A DNA stretch of 63,516 bases, counting the filler, from Globobulimina sp. (taxonomy: Eukaryota), in NCBI GenBank assembly GCA_003354225.1. It is 28 parts of 28 records of this genome, joined end to end, with 100 filler letters (N's around TTAATTAATTAA, not from the genome) between each part and the next. Parts side by side here need not be neighbours in the genome. Positions count along the whole stretch, not along the records: positions 47,724 to 49,894 come from PIVH01008447.1; positions 49,995 to 52,165 come from PIVH01008448.1; positions 52,266 to 54,436 come from PIVH01008449.1; positions 54,537 to 56,706 come from PIVH01008450.1; positions 56,807 to 58,976 come from PIVH01008451.1; positions 59,077 to 61,246 come from PIVH01008452.1; 22 more parts are not named here. One strand, 5' to 3'. The notes under the pieces are model-generated. The model did no database searches, was not told the origin of the DNA, and worked only from the letters and a program-made list of their open reading frames with translations. How positions within the stretch are numbered: the first letter of the stretch is position 1; every line of letters starts with the position of its first letter. A program made the position numbers and the translations under genes. Positions 48,053 through 61,346 of this stretch are shown here, in pieces.

Positions 48053-49315
48053 TTATAAACACACTTTCTTTGAAATGCATAATTTTTGCCATTTCTTTGT
48101 TTTAAAACACATTCTAAAAATACTTTCTTTAATACATTTAATACCATTATAAACATTCTCAACTCTCTTCAACAAAACATCTTCGCTCTCAACATCATTT
48201 CTTGTATATTTCCCAGTTAAATATTCAATAATTCTTTTCCTTCCATCATCACTTAATTCGTTACAATCCAAATATAACCATTTCAATTCCCTCAATATCT
48301 GTGGTACGCCTTTATAATCGATGTTATCTGTATCAGTATTCCTCACTTTTCTTTTTTTCATCACCGGTTCCTTTGCAATATCAGTACAATCCAATTTTGA
48401 TAGTTCCATCTTCCTCTTTTTTGATATGGATTCAGATTCCTCTTTTTTTAATTTTTGCATCTTTTCATAATATTTAATAACTTCACTTTTTTCATATAAT
48501 CGATATTCATTTCCAAAACAAACTTTCCTTTGAAAATGTATCTGTTGATTTAATACAGCTTTCTCCAATTCATTCTCATCAAAACCATATGTTTTTCGTA
48601 CTTCTCTTTCTTTTATAGGATTTAGTAGTTTTTTACGATACATATTTTTTATTAATTTGCCTCTAATAACCAACGGATTTTTTTCTTTTTCTCGTTTAAA
48701 TTTTGTATATTTGTCAGGATTATTAATTTTACACAACTCACATCTTTCAAAATCTATATCTTCGGATAGATTTAAATGTTTTTTATGTTGAATTAAAGGT
48801 GTTAACTTTTGTAATAATTTCTTCTTGGTTTTATGTGAAGAAATATCTACATTTTCTCTTCGTGCTATGTTTTTAAGTTCAGAAAGTTGACATTTTTCGA
48901 TCTCTAATTCGCGTACTTCGACCCACAATGTATTTGATCCATAGCCAACTGTTGCTGTGCACGTATGATGTGTATAAATAATATGAATGTACAAAATAAA
49001 ATATATATTTGTACCAAAGGCCCAAAAAGGATCATCTCTCATAATATCAATGCAGCCAACAGAATCGTCTTCGCTATTTTTGGTAAAAGCTGTAAATAGT
49101 TGAATCGCCCTTTGATTTGCGTTATTTACAGAATCATGTCTCGACATACAACTCATATTTTGAATGCTTCCAAATCCTTGAAATACACCATAAAAACCAG
49201 TAAATGCGGTGTAATCACCAGTTTTAAATTTTGCAATTACGGCATGTTTTTCTTCTTTTTTTGTCTCATCATTTGGTGTTTTTGTTTCTTCTTTTTGTGA
49301 TGTAACATTAGCCAT
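48053..49315 (-). CDS. Hypothetical nuclear protein with SAP/HeH-like motif
   Basis: LSELKNIARRENVDIS..KKKLLQKL; NLS-like KKRK clusters; probable in-frame intron 48955-49014. Confidence 0.6.
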   Translation of the reverse strand: MANVTSQKEETKTPNDETKKEEKHAVIAKFKTGDYTAFTGFYGVFQGFGSIQNMSCMSRHDSVNNANQRAIQLFTAFTKNSEDDSVGCIDIMRDDPFWAFGTNIYFILYIHIIYTHHTCTATVGYGSNTLWVEVRELEIEKCQLSELKNIARRENVDISSHKTKKKLLQKLTPLIQHKKHLNLSEDIDFERCELCKINNPDKYTKFKREKEKNPLVIRGKLIKNMYRKKLLNPIKEREVRKTYGFDENELEKAVLNQQIHFQRKVCFGNEYRLYEKSEVIKYYEKMQKLKKEESESISKKRKMELSKLDCTDIAKEPVMKKRKVRNTDTDNIDYKGVPQILRELKWLYLDCNELSDDGRKRIIEYLTGKYTRNDVESEDVLLKRVENVYNGIKCIKESIFRMCFKTKKWQKLCISKKVCL

Positions 49316-49994
49316 TGTTGTAATGACTCAACAATCTTAAAATCAATGTTTTCACCTCACAAACGAGTAAGCTAGTCATCAATAATATTTATTAACATTG
49401 AGTATATACGAAAGTCCGAACAGCTTAAATTACAGTGGTTCATCTCTTATTGTCCACATTCTAAATATATATACATAGAAATGTACAGTTAATAATAATA
49501 GTTTAGAACAATATGAATAATAATAATAAAGGTAAATTACTATATGAATAGCATATTGGTATGCTGGGCGGTCAGATTTGTTCCATTGATCACTGCATTT
49601 CGCTGACCAGTCAGCCATCACAATCCAGGTCATAACCAACTGACTGATTTCATTCTGATCGGTCAGATTTATTTCCTGATCTAAAATTCGGACATGACAG
49701 GCTGTTGACGTACCATCAACAATAGAATTAAATTTATAATTTATATATAATTAAGTACATAAAAAAGCAAACTACATAAACAAAACAGACACATTAAAGG
49801 AACATATATGTATAATAAAAATATAAAATAATTAATCAATGTCAACCATATCAGAGTCACCAATAAATAATCCATCATCAGCGGATGGTGACATNNNNNN
49901 NNNNNNNNNNNNNNNNNNNNNNNNNNNNNNNNNNNNNNTTAATTAATTAANNNNNNNNNNNNNNNNNNNNNNNNNNNNNNNNNNNNNNNNNNNN

Positions 49995-51049
49995 CAGCTG
50001 TCATATTATTTGACATCAGTGTCTTAGCAGTACAATATGATGAAACAAATAGCAAGTTATTAATCGATATATTATCGTATACTGCGAACTTCATTAATTT
50101 AATCAATGTTAATGTCATTACACCTGTCACTTCTTATGTATCACAGGCTTCATCCGTCTCAATTGCCGAAGATGATAGTTATTCTGGTTCAGAATGTCTA
50201 TTTGAAAGATCATATCAATGTTATCAAAAGTTTCAAATCGAAATTGATATATCCTCCTGTCTTTCAAGTATGGATTTATCAACACCCATAATACTACAAA
50301 TAGAGCCAAGTTGTCGTACTGGATTTGATTGTACATTGTTTGAAGCAGAATTTGGAGCAGCTGGCACAACCCAACAATTAACAGACACCTTACAATATGT
50401 TGAGTCATGCGATCAAGAAGCATATGTTCAAACATTTGATGGTGAGATTTTATATTATGATGATGTGTATTTTTCCAATGAGGTCCCTGACACACATCCA
50501 TTCCCAATTAGTTCAAGAATGTATGTTGAAGTGAGTGTCAATGATGTTGCCGCTTATACAGTGTTTGGTATTGATCTCGTGCACGTTTGGCTTTGTACAA
50601 CATCTTCGCAGTTGGCAATTACCTCACAACTAACCGGCGCAGGTGGCTGTCTTGAATACTATACAGGAATAACAAGTGTTTATGAGATAGCTCAACCATT
50701 CAAAGATGGTGCAGCGTATGATCCTAATTTAGAAGGTGTGATATATACAGCTCCCAATGATCAAGCAGTGCGATTTAGTTTACTTGTGCCATCATTCCAA
50801 TTAAGTAAATTTTGGTTGCATGCAATTGTCAAATTGAAATTATTAAATGGCGGGAGACGAAGAGTTCGATTATTATTAAGTTCTGATGGTGATGCAAGTG
50901 ATCGAATATCACATTATGTCAATGAGGTTTCAACTTCGGGTGGTATCGATGAAGAACCATCTCATGCAGATCATGATGCGTCTTTTTCTTATCATGTGTA
51001 TATTGCATATGCTGTATCATTTGCAGTTGTAGCTTTTTCTTTTTTTTAG
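49995..51049 (+). CDS. Cell-surface protein C-terminus, ZP-C-like domain with polybasic cleavage site and hydrophobic tail, 5' truncated
   Basis: Frame open from the contig edge; YVEVSV..VWLCT..GC..VRFS..WLHA, then RRRVRLLL and a terminal hydrophobic segment. Confidence 0.6.
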
Positions 51050-51370
51050 AGTTACATTAATAATTAATATACACATATTTATTATATTTTATTTGTACAT
51101 GTTTTTTTTTGTATGTGCCATTTATAGCTATCATTTCATTTGAATTGTATTGTAATATTGACGAATTGGATGTTTTTTAGATACTAATTTATTTTTTATT
51201 TAAATAGATTTGAGAAATATTAATAAATCACGTAGCTTCAACAAACTGTCGATTTGCGAAATTCATGATAGATTTGACAAATATGAATCTAGTATGGATT
51301 TCTTAACCTTTATATGTAGTGCCAGAATGTTTTTATGACAATTTCCAGTGAACTGAGCTTGTGGACCATC

Positions 51371-52016
51371 ATGAACTCTCTGCGCAAACTATCGTACAGA
51401 ACAATTAGAACAGCCATTAAAAAGCAATCGCCACAAAGGTTATCGACAACATTTCACCATCGATTGTTCCAAAAAAAGTCATCACCATTTTTTACGAGAA
51501 GAATAACCATATTAAATAAAAAAAATCCATATCCTTCGTTTTTATCATCGCGTAAAGCCAGCGTTGGCAGTGTGTTTGGAACATCTGTTGTGGCCGGATT
51601 TGTTAAAACATCATTTATATTTTTCGCAATACCAATATCTGCGGCTGCTTCACCATATGTCAATACATTGCCACTTGATCTGATCTATGGATTTGTGTTA
51701 CCATATCATGCGCATATCGGAATGCATCATATTATCACTGGTATAGCATACATATTTATTTATTTATATTTAATATAATATTCAATTCATTCAATCGCAA
51801 TTTCGCAAATAAATATGAACAGATTATTTTGCCGGATTTACATGGGTTGGTTCTGCAATTGCCATTGTAATGTTTCTTGGATTACAAAATTTAAATATTC
51901 AGGGCGAAGGAATCTCGCCTATGGTTCGGAGAGTGTTTGTAAAGGAAAAAATACCGACATCGGAGGAAGAAATTAAAAAAAGTCATTGGTTCAATAGAAA
52001 TGATGCACAAAAATGA
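51371..52016 (+). CDS. SDH4: Succinate dehydrogenase cytochrome b small subunit
   Basis: Presequence; D...GFVLPYHAHIGMHHIITDY after splicing intron 51741-51822; N..G.GI. Confidence 0.88.
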
Positions 52017-52265
52017 TGACACACTTTTGTTTAATAACTTTGCTTGAATTCATTGATTGTTTCAAATATTCAGACAATGGACAATATAGCCGATGCGAGT
52101 GCGCCTTGACTACTTTAACACTCTTTTTTTTTTATTTTGTTTTTTTTGATTTAAATAAATAAATCNNNNNNNNNNNNNNNNNNNNNNNNNNNNNNNNNNN
52201 NNNNNNNNNTTAATTAATTAANNNNNNNNNNNNNNNNNNNNNNNNNNNNNNNNNNNNNNNNNNNN

Positions 52266-53313
52266 CAAGCCAAGGGAGATATCATACTCCGGATCCACTG
52301 CACAATATCGGCCACTGTTTATGCACTGATTGGAGCACGGCAAATATACGGAACTATTGGTGGTATTGGTACTGTTTATAATGACTAACTCATCGCAGCC
52401 CCAATGACTGCCATTCAAAATATACATATGTGGTGTAAATATAGTGTCGTTGGCCTTATCCAACATGATCGCCGTCTATATATTACACATTAATATACTT
52501 TATTTACACATACAATATATAAACTGAACTGTGTTGAAATTATGTTTGAATTCAGAGCCTAAATAGTCATTGGAAGAGGTCCACAATTCCCATTCTACGC
52601 GGTCGTCGTCGTGAGGTAGCCCCCACTCAATGGTAGCAATTGTCCAGTTGATGGTTTCTGGCGACGGGTATTGTGTATTTGTGATGTCCTGCGGGTCCCA
52701 GTCGATTACACCTAAATGAGCCATCAGAGTCTCACAGTTTTTTCTCTGCAATAATATGGATGGAATATGAATGTCATCATTCCAGTCCTGCGGCATCCTG
52801 TGTTGTATACAGAATTACAGATATATTATTTGCGCGAAATGAGAGGAATAAAAGTTATAAAACGTACCACATTGTGAACAATTTCTCATATTTCCAGTCA
52901 CACATAATCACGCCCGAAGCGCCCATCTTTTGCGCCCATTCTATTTTATCTACGAAGTAGCAATCCAAGCGATCGATGACTAAGATATAATCCGTGATAT
53001 CTTCTGCGGAAACAAACCAATCTCGAATGTAATGGATATATGGATTGATATCTAATGGTTCGCGAGCGGCAGGACATTCTTTATGGAAAGTTGTGTTTTT
53101 TGGTAATATTAATACACCACTCATGGAGCCACCATATCGTTGATAGCCAAATTGTGCGGGCGCGACTTCGTATGATTTATCAAACAATGGACCATCTATT
53201 ACGGATTCGAACGCTAAGACAGCGCCGGTATTTGATTCTGCTACGTCTATTGCATTTAGATGTGGCAATAGGAGGGTTGCTACTGTTATTAAAAGGACTG
53301 GAAACGCTGACAT
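52266..53313 (-). CDS. Vacuolar sorting receptor (VSR/BP-80-like, PA domain), 3' truncated
   Basis: Signal peptide; AQFG...YGGSM.G, IDR.DCYF..K...AQ..GA, DDRVEWELWT.SND, QCIN.GRYCA.DPE. Introns 52798-52867 and 52476-52529. Confidence 0.9.
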
Positions 53314-53502
53314 GTTCGGCACAGTGGGCGCACTTTGCATCTCTAAAATATACAACATCATTGTACAAGGATAGTGTTACTGAGTTCGGACTTCAGATGT
53401 ATACTATTTTGCATGTCTGTATCTACAATAACGTGTAAAATGCATACGGAAAATTTAGACAATTAAATTATGCATAATTACAGAAGCAAAAACAATTGCA
53501 TT

Positions 53503-53802
53503 TCAATGATGCCTATTCATTCTATTATTCCTTAATAAACGGTATGCTATTTGTTCTTTTTCCTTTTTAATTTCCGCATCATGATAAAACTCATCCATCA
53601 TTGCATAATACTCTTCATCAGCCGCTGCTATTTGACTCGCCTCGCATGTTTCTCGGCAACTTCCACATGGGTTATCAGACTGTTTGCAGCATGTCTTCGC
53701 CTTTAGATTCTTTCTACATTGCTTACTTTTTTGGCAACACTCCACAGAATTAAACAATGATAACCATACCACCACAAATATGATAAAAAATTTCATCCTC
53801 AT
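53503..53802 (-). CDS. Small secreted Cys-rich peptide precursor
   Basis: Signal peptide MRMKFFIIFVVVWLSLFNSVEC, Cys-rich core, acidic then basic tail. Confidence 0.6.
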   Translation of the reverse strand: MRMKFFIIFVVVWLSLFNSVECCQKSKQCRKNLKAKTCCKQSDNPCGSCRETCEASQIAAADEEYYAMMDEFYHDAEIKKEKEQIAYRLLRNNRMNRHH

Positions 53803-53912
53803 TGATTCTTGACGGTATCCACGATATATAGCGTCGATGTCGATATTCAATGTGACAAGATTTTGTAACTACTCAAAAAAACTCCAACCAAAATAAATTA
53901 ACTTGACCATAC

Positions 53913-54436
53913 ATGTCGTCGAAAAAACCCAAAAAGCAGAAAAGAAAACCAAACGCCAGGGCACCTACACAAACATCCACTGCACCAAAGAAAAAACACC
54001 CCAACAAATCAAGAACATCTCCAAAAACGCATATAAAAGTGACATTAAACGCGCCAACACGCAATGTCGGCAATGACAGAAAAGAAAATATCACAGAGCA
54101 CAAACGTTCCAAATCGCCTCTGTCGCCTTTTACAGATTGGTATAAATCACACAAAAAATCGAAACCAAAAACAAAACGCCGCCCCCAACGATCGCAAAGC
54201 AACCGCTTTTACTCTGAAGCACCATCAAAATACAAAACCAAACACAAAAAAGAAAAAGTAGCAAAGCCAAACACTCCACGAAATCAGTCGACCCATAAAA
54301 ACAAACGCAAACATCCTCATGATGCTGATCCCAAAAAACAGCTCAAATTTACGCGCAAAAACGACAAAATCACGGTAGTTTCCCCCAAAACAAGCAAAAG
54401 AAAAACCAAACACAAAAAAAAAAACAACCCCCCACA
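53913..54436 (+). CDS. Lys/Pro-rich disordered protein N-terminus, 3' truncated
   Basis: ATG-initiated frame open to the contig edge. Confidence 0.55.
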
Positions 54437-54536
54437 NNNNNNNNNNNNNNNNNNNNNNNNNNNNNNNNNNNNNNNNNNNNTTAATTAATTAANNNNNNNN
54501 NNNNNNNNNNNNNNNNNNNNNNNNNNNNNNNNNNNN

Positions 54537-55264
54537 AAGGCTTTGAAAGTGTCGAACTTTATACCCATGGCGTTGCCGTGCGGCGGGTAGAAGGAACAAA
54601 AGAGTTCGGTTTCGGAGAGGACTGTCCATTGGAGATCAACGTTGACGGTTCTGTGTGTTGTGGAAATTTAAAATGACATTGTTGACTGTAAAGATGTTTT
54701 CTTTACTAAGGTTTTTTTACTTTAAGGTTGAAATTGAGATATAGTGTATGTGCGAAATTGCGTTTGCTTTGCGATTATATGGATGTGTGGACTTAACACA
54801 GCACAAATGACATCCTCAGAATTATCGATTTCAGTGATTCGTAATGATATTTCAGGCAAATTGCCAGAGGATTTATCCCATTGACCAGAATACACAAACT
54901 TACTGTTTGCAACATCGTGCATAATAAACCAATCTGAAACGGACTCACTGAATTCTAACACTTGCACACTGAATACGTTGTTGTTGATGTTTTCCATTAA
55001 TACTTTTCTATTTTGCTCCCATTTGTTTATTTTGGTGGCGCCACGTTTTCGTTTCACATTGGTTTGTTTTTCTGACTCGCGCAGAAAGAAATAGGTCCAG
55101 TCAGTCTCGCGTAAATGAGAGCCTTCGGGCAACATTAAATCTGCTAATATGTTTTCTGAGATTGGGCATGGTTTGGGGTATTGATGGCGGACCGTGGATC
55201 CTTTGTCAATGTCAAATTCTGCCAGCAAGACATACTGTACATTCCGCTCTTGGAAATTCATCAT
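54537..55264 (-). CDS. AFI1/MesA-like DENN-related protein N-terminus, 3' truncated
   Basis: VQYVLLAEFDIDKGSTVRHQYP...LADLMLPEG.H.RE.DWTYFFL is the Afi1 docking-domain signature. Confidence 0.8.
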
Positions 55265-55692
55265 GACTAAGTCTACTAAGTTTTTTACAGTTTATTTACG
55301 ATCAGTCACACGCACATCACGGACGATTGTTGGTTTATTTCGAGACGAATGTTAGATTAGAAACGGTGTTTCTTCGTTGTGTACCGTACTAAAATTTGGT
55401 TGATTCACCGGATTGAAGTATAATTGGCATTCATTATTGATTTATGCCGTAAATATTAACACTTTGACCAGAATGTTGTCACAAATCGGTTTTGTACGCA
55501 AAGAAAATACTGTTCAAATTGAAATAAAATTAGGGGCAAACCACACGCAAAGTAAGTACAAACAAATAAAAAAAATAACAATATTAATCATACTATGCAA
55601 GAAAAAGAAAAAAAAAAGATATAAGAAAAAAAATAGTAAGAAAAAAACTAATTAAAACAAGATAAAAATAATAATAATTCAATATAATTAAT

Positions 55693-56457
55693 TTAATAAT
55701 AAGCACAAGGAATGCCGACATAATCATTAATATTCCTCTTTACTTGACATCCCGTACAATATTCTTCTTTGGAACATTTGAAGTCAGCCACGGCGATAAG
55801 TCCCTCGAACACAAACGTAGTCTCTTCGCAAGCCATAGCTCCCGTACACTCGATATTTTCTATCAACAATCCGCGGTTAACCTGTCTGTTACGAATAGTC
55901 ACAATCGCTTTGTACGCGGAGCTCATCTCAGTGAACAATAAATACTGTATACGTTCTACAAACGTTCCTGCGGTGTAATCCAATGTGATATTGGCACCAG
56001 CACAGGCACCAAAATTGGAGCATTCTAATTTAAATCTCTCCACAGGATTTGTAATGGAATGCGCTAATTGTGCGCAAGTACCAGGCTCTGGATATGGAAT
56101 ATCGCAAACTAACTCGGTAGGCGGTTGCGTGATAACTGGTATCTCGACGGGGACGAAAACGTTTGGTACTTCGGTCGGTAGCACACTAATTGGTTCAGGC
56201 ACTGCGGGTTGTTGAGGTGTGACAGGTGGATAATAATTTGGTACAACTGGTAACGTCGGGATTATCACTGGAACTACGGGCGGTACATAGGGATTGACTG
56301 GCGGTACGTATGGAGGTGTATTTTGAGGGAGATAGGGAGGGATATAGGGAGGGATATAATTTTGATTTGGTACGTCTGTTGGAATGGTGACTTGCTGCAA
56401 TATTCTCTTGGCTAACGCTAATTCGGTAAGTACAAATAAACAGAAGATTTGCAACAT
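55693..56457 (-). CDS. Secreted protein with Pro/Val/Tyr-rich linker and Cys-rich C...AC repeats
   Basis: Signal peptide, YIPPYIPP/VPPV repeats, CSNFGAC, CTGAMAC. Confidence 0.75.
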   Translation of the reverse strand: MLQIFCLFVLTELALAKRILQQVTIPTDVPNQNYIPPYIPPYLPQNTPPYVPPVNPYVPPVVPVIIPTLPVVPNYYPPVTPQQPAVPEPISVLPTEVPNVFVPVEIPVITQPPTELVCDIPYPEPGTCAQLAHSITNPVERFKLECSNFGACAGANITLDYTAGTFVERIQYLLFTEMSSAYKAIVTIRNRQVNRGLLIENIECTGAMACEETTFVFEGLIAVADFKCSKEEYCTGCQVKRNINDYVGIPCAYY

Positions 56458-56572
56458 TGTTGTTGGTGCTCGGTCTTCGGAGGTTAGGAAGTAGGGAATG
56501 GTGTAAAGTGTGAGTTAGTTTGAAAAAGGTTTTGTTGGTTTTTTTCTGGAAATTAACATTTATTATTCTGCC

Positions 56573-56689
56573 ATGTCACGAGTGCTCGCACCGTTGGGTA
56601 CAAGTATCGCCAATGATAAATTAGAGGAAATGAGAAAAGTCGCGCAACAAATTGCTACCGTCGGTAAAGGTATATTAGCCTCTGACGAG
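56573..56689 (+). CDS. fba: Class I fructose-bisphosphate aldolase, first exon
   Basis: EEMRKVAQQIATVGKGILASDE followed by a GTATGT donor. Confidence 0.85.
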
Positions 56690-56806
56690 GTATGTTTTTA
56701 TATAATNNNNNNNNNNNNNNNNNNNNNNNNNNNNNNNNNNNNNNNNNNNNTTAATTAATTAANNNNNNNNNNNNNNNNNNNNNNNNNNNNNNNNNNNNNN
56801 NNNNNN

Positions 56807-58976
56807 CGAAACAACTGTGTGAAAAATCCAGTGTCAAATCCGCCCGCTCCACAAATTGTTGTCAAATTGCCTCCCATGGAAAGTAACATTGATATCTATC
56901 AGATTTTACCTGAAACAAATCGTTACGTATTAATCTATTCATATTCATATTACATACAAAGGCTTGCAAATGTTATTATCCTTATCCTTGCACAATTATT
57001 TAGAGCAACTTCCATTACTGACGCAAAAATGGCTACATTCAAACTTAAAATCATTAAATTCCAAAAAAAAACCAAAAAAGAAAAAATGTGGTTCTTCACC
57101 ACCTACGCCGCCATTACCACGCAACCCGCACTCAAAGAATAACAATGAAAATGTTCGAATTCCAATTTATGATTTAAAGACTGACTTAAATATCGATAGG
57201 AAAAATTATGAGTTTACAAATTTTGTTTGTTTATTAAATATTATCATTGAATCTTGTGTTAAGTTTGAATTTTTATCCAAAGAATTTAAGAATTTCATAT
57301 CGGATTACAATATTCAACAATTTAGAAACAAATCATTTAAAATGTTTAAAGAGGAATGCAATGTCAGTAAATTCCATAAAAGCGACAAATTAAATCAACT
57401 GTTTTTGACCTTATTTGATTCACCGAAGTTTATATTAGAAAATTGGAATAATTTCAATAATAATTCAAATAACAATAATTCAAATGTAACAAAGAAGAAT
57501 ATTTGTGGATTAGATGCTTATTTGGCATTATATAATGATGACAGATATATTACAATCCATTCTTTTTCTAATCCAGCTTCAATGGATGCGAGTGTTCGTA
57601 ATCAGGCCGCCGCAGAATTTAACTCCGTCAAAAATTCATTGGACATAAGTCGCGATAAAATTGCATTGAGTATATTTTATTGCACTGATTTTTTTGACCC
57701 ACATCATTATGCGTGGTGTTATATTGTTCGATTTAAAAAAGATGGCAATAAGATGCCTGTACTGGAGCTTGAAGCGGAGGAAATTGATAAAAAGCAAAAA
57801 AGAAATGTTTCTGCAGTGGAGGAAGAGAAAGAAATTATGATTGATAAGCGACGGAGGGAAACAATTGTAATTGATGATGATGAGGAGGAGGACGGGCAAG
57901 ATGCCAATGATAATAATCAACATTCAGATGAATTAGCATTGGATATCGATGCAAGTAAAACATCACAGAATGAGCAAGCAAATGAGAATAATTTGGATAT
58001 TGACAATACATTTCTAGAGAATGAGAACAGCAATGATGCGCTATTAGAATTAACTGCATTTAATAACACTGACAATGAGCCAGATTCAATGCCGTTAATA
58101 TTTGACATCGATGATGTTAATTCGAATAATATGAATTCGAACATAATGAACGTTCCAGAGAGTCAATCTCAAGAAAGAATATCTTCCCAACCCCGAGTGG
58201 CGGCAGCTGCCACTCCGCAAACTCAAGAGGTCGAAGAGGATGATGTGAATGAGCATAATATAGAAAATGTAGACAATATTGAGAATGGAGCACATATACA
58301 ATTATCCTTAGCAATGAATGCAAGCCATTCAGAAGCACAGCCATTACAAATACAAAATGAACCCGTGATTGGGCAGGAATTGCAGTTGCATGATTTGGAT
58401 GCGACGATGATGGACGATGAGGATGTTGAATGTGTTGGAGATAACACTCAGATGAATCTGTCAATAAATAGTGATGCTGGTTTACCGCAAACTATTTTGA
58501 ATGATATGCAACACCATAATCATAACCATAATTACAATCAAACACTGGCGGCCACTGTCATTAATGATGAGGTTGACACATTTCCAGAAACTCTAATGAA
58601 CGATGATGAGAATGACATTTTTATGCCAGATACATTAGCAAATACGGAGGTTGATGAGAGTCAAAATTCATTAGAATTAGATCTAACTCGTTCGAGTTTG
58701 CAAAGGAGCGATGGGATAATAATACAGACAGTGATTGATGATGGCGGCAATGGAATGGATTTAGATTTGGAGATTAAATCAATTGATGCGGAACAAGATA
58801 ACACTATGCTGCAAACTGAGAGAGATAATGCTTTAATGAGACGAAGATTAGAAATACTCAGTTCTGGTTCTGATGGCGACGAAAGTCAGGATTTGACCAA
58901 TAATAACAGTCATAGTCATAATCATAGTCACAGTGCATTGCAATTGGAGGCTGAGACTGGCGATGAAAATGAAGAA
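56807..58976 (+). CDS. Hypothetical protein with long acidic disordered region, truncated at both ends
   Basis: About 670 open codons; no family recognised. Confidence 0.65.
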
Positions 58977-59076
58977 NNNNNNNNNNNNNNNNNNNNNNNN
59001 NNNNNNNNNNNNNNNNNNNNTTAATTAATTAANNNNNNNNNNNNNNNNNNNNNNNNNNNNNNNNNNNNNNNNNNNN

Positions 59077-61246
59077 AATTATGGCAAACATTATTATCAT
59101 TCATTCAAAATAATTCCACTGCAAATAAGAAATTTAAACAAGATTGGAATGAATATGAAATTGCATCATTTTTACTATCGGAAATATCAGCAAATGTCGA
59201 ATTAAGTAAAAATACAAAAAATACCTTGTTACGAATGAATAATTATTTGTTTACACCGTATGAAATATTATTGGCACTGAATGATTTTAAACCATTTATC
59301 AAGTTTCTAATTTCAAATAAATTAAATGCAAAACAATTATTTGATTTGGATAAAAAAGGCGAACTTATTCGAACATTGAAAGATAATAAGAAATGCATTA
59401 ATGATCAGACTGGCGATATTTATATTATTTGGATTAAAGAGAAATTATTGCGTTTACAATATATAAATATTGCTAAAAAAGGCCGGCAAATGTTTACCAA
59501 ACATCAAAATAAAATAATTAATAAAAAAAAACAATTAAAATTGCAAGAGATTATATCAAAAACGGTCTATAATCAACAATTATCATTTAATAAAATAAAG
59601 AAAATGCAAGAAAAAGAATTCATTGATTCATTTGGACCGCATTCTGATTTGAAAATATATAATTTGCGATGTTGTAAATCAATATTAAAAGAAATAAAAA
59701 ATGAGTCGAGTGATAAAATCAATCAACTGATTAAATTAAAAACCAATCAAAAAGTAAAATGGTTTGCAAATTATGAAAAAGATAAAATTTATCATATATT
59801 ATATTCAAAAAAATTTACATATAAATTTTTTAGTAATATAAATGAAGAAAATTTCAATGTATTTTATGAAAAAATACAAGTTTTAAGCCGAAAAGAATCG
59901 GATATTTTATTCAATTTACTAAATAAAGAATATTTAAGATTGTGTGATGATGCGGACGAGAAAGAGAAAGACAATAAAGGTCTGCCATCAATATTTAATC
60001 CTAAAAATTATAAAATTGAAAATGATTATTATTGCAATGGATCGTGTCATGATGGATATGATACAATAAATGTGTTTGAAACATCATTCAGTCAGTTATT
60101 GTTATTTATACTTTATAATAATAATTCGGCTGCAGACAATTATATAAATATAAAGCAATTATGGTACAACCAAATGTATAAAACGAATCCGCATTTATTC
60201 AATCATTTAGATATCATAAACGGTAATACTTTCGATCAAATATTATTCCAAATTATCGAAAACGATACAATTTTAACAATTATTTTAAATACATTTGATG
60301 CATTTAATAATTCGACATTTATCAAACAATTAACAAAATATAATTTAACTGAGAGTTATTCGGCAGAAATTATAATTTCATTTTTAATGAAAATTATAAA
60401 AAATATTAATCATATTTTTGAAGCAAAATATTTATTTTATTCCATATTAAATGCTTCCTGTCGTGGACGGGAACAATATGATTTTGACAATGATGGCAAT
60501 CATTTGGATGATGATATTGATGACGATATTGTAGCAAATAAATATTTTACATTCCAAGAACATAAAAACATTGAACAATATCTATCAAATAAAAATAATA
60601 AAAAAAAGAATAATAATAATTGCAGTACAAAGTATTATTTACGATAAGTATTATCCGCAATAATTCGCGTTAGTAACGAAACAAAAAAAAATACATTTTC
60701 ATCAATCGATAATAACAAACCAAAAACAATATATTTGCCATCAAATGATAGAGCTATGAAAAAAGGGATTAATTTAATTAATATTACGCCAACAATGAGA
60801 TATAAAACATCATTGTCGTTGAATCATTGCATTTTGTTACGTTTACAATCATCATCTTCCTATTTTGGAACTCATTTTATTGATTTAAACGACAGAGAGA
60901 TTGTACAAAGCACAAATGTACAGCAATTTGACGGATATTTATTTTGTCCCTTTAACATCAATGAAATGGTACAAACCCGCTTAAAAATAAAAGATCCAAA
61001 GCACATAAATCCGAATCCAGTGATTCAATATCAATGTACAGATATTAATAGCATATATTTAGATAAATTATGTCCATACTTATCCATTCAACAATATTCA
61101 AACAAATATTTTGTATTATTTCAAATATACTCTGTGTTGGGCCATAATAAGTTCATTTTATTGGATAATAAATATATTTCATTCACAAATATAAATCAAC
61201 ATATTTTTATTGAAAAGGTACAAAAACAAACCCAAAATGAATTGGA
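59077..61246 (+). CDS. Hypothetical Asn/Lys/Ile-rich protein(s), truncated
   Basis: Long ORFs 59226-60647 and 60735 to the contig edge; how they join is unresolved. Confidence 0.5.
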
Positions 61247-61346
61247 NNNNNNNNNNNNNNNNNNNNNNNNNNNNNNNNNNNNNNNNNNNNTTAATTAATT
61301 AANNNNNNNNNNNNNNNNNNNNNNNNNNNNNNNNNNNNNNNNNNNN

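Noticed and set aside
49560-49710. GGTCAG/CTGACC-rich intergenic patch as a MITE or ncRNA
   Set aside because: Only short 6-11 bp repeats; no defensible termini or boxes.
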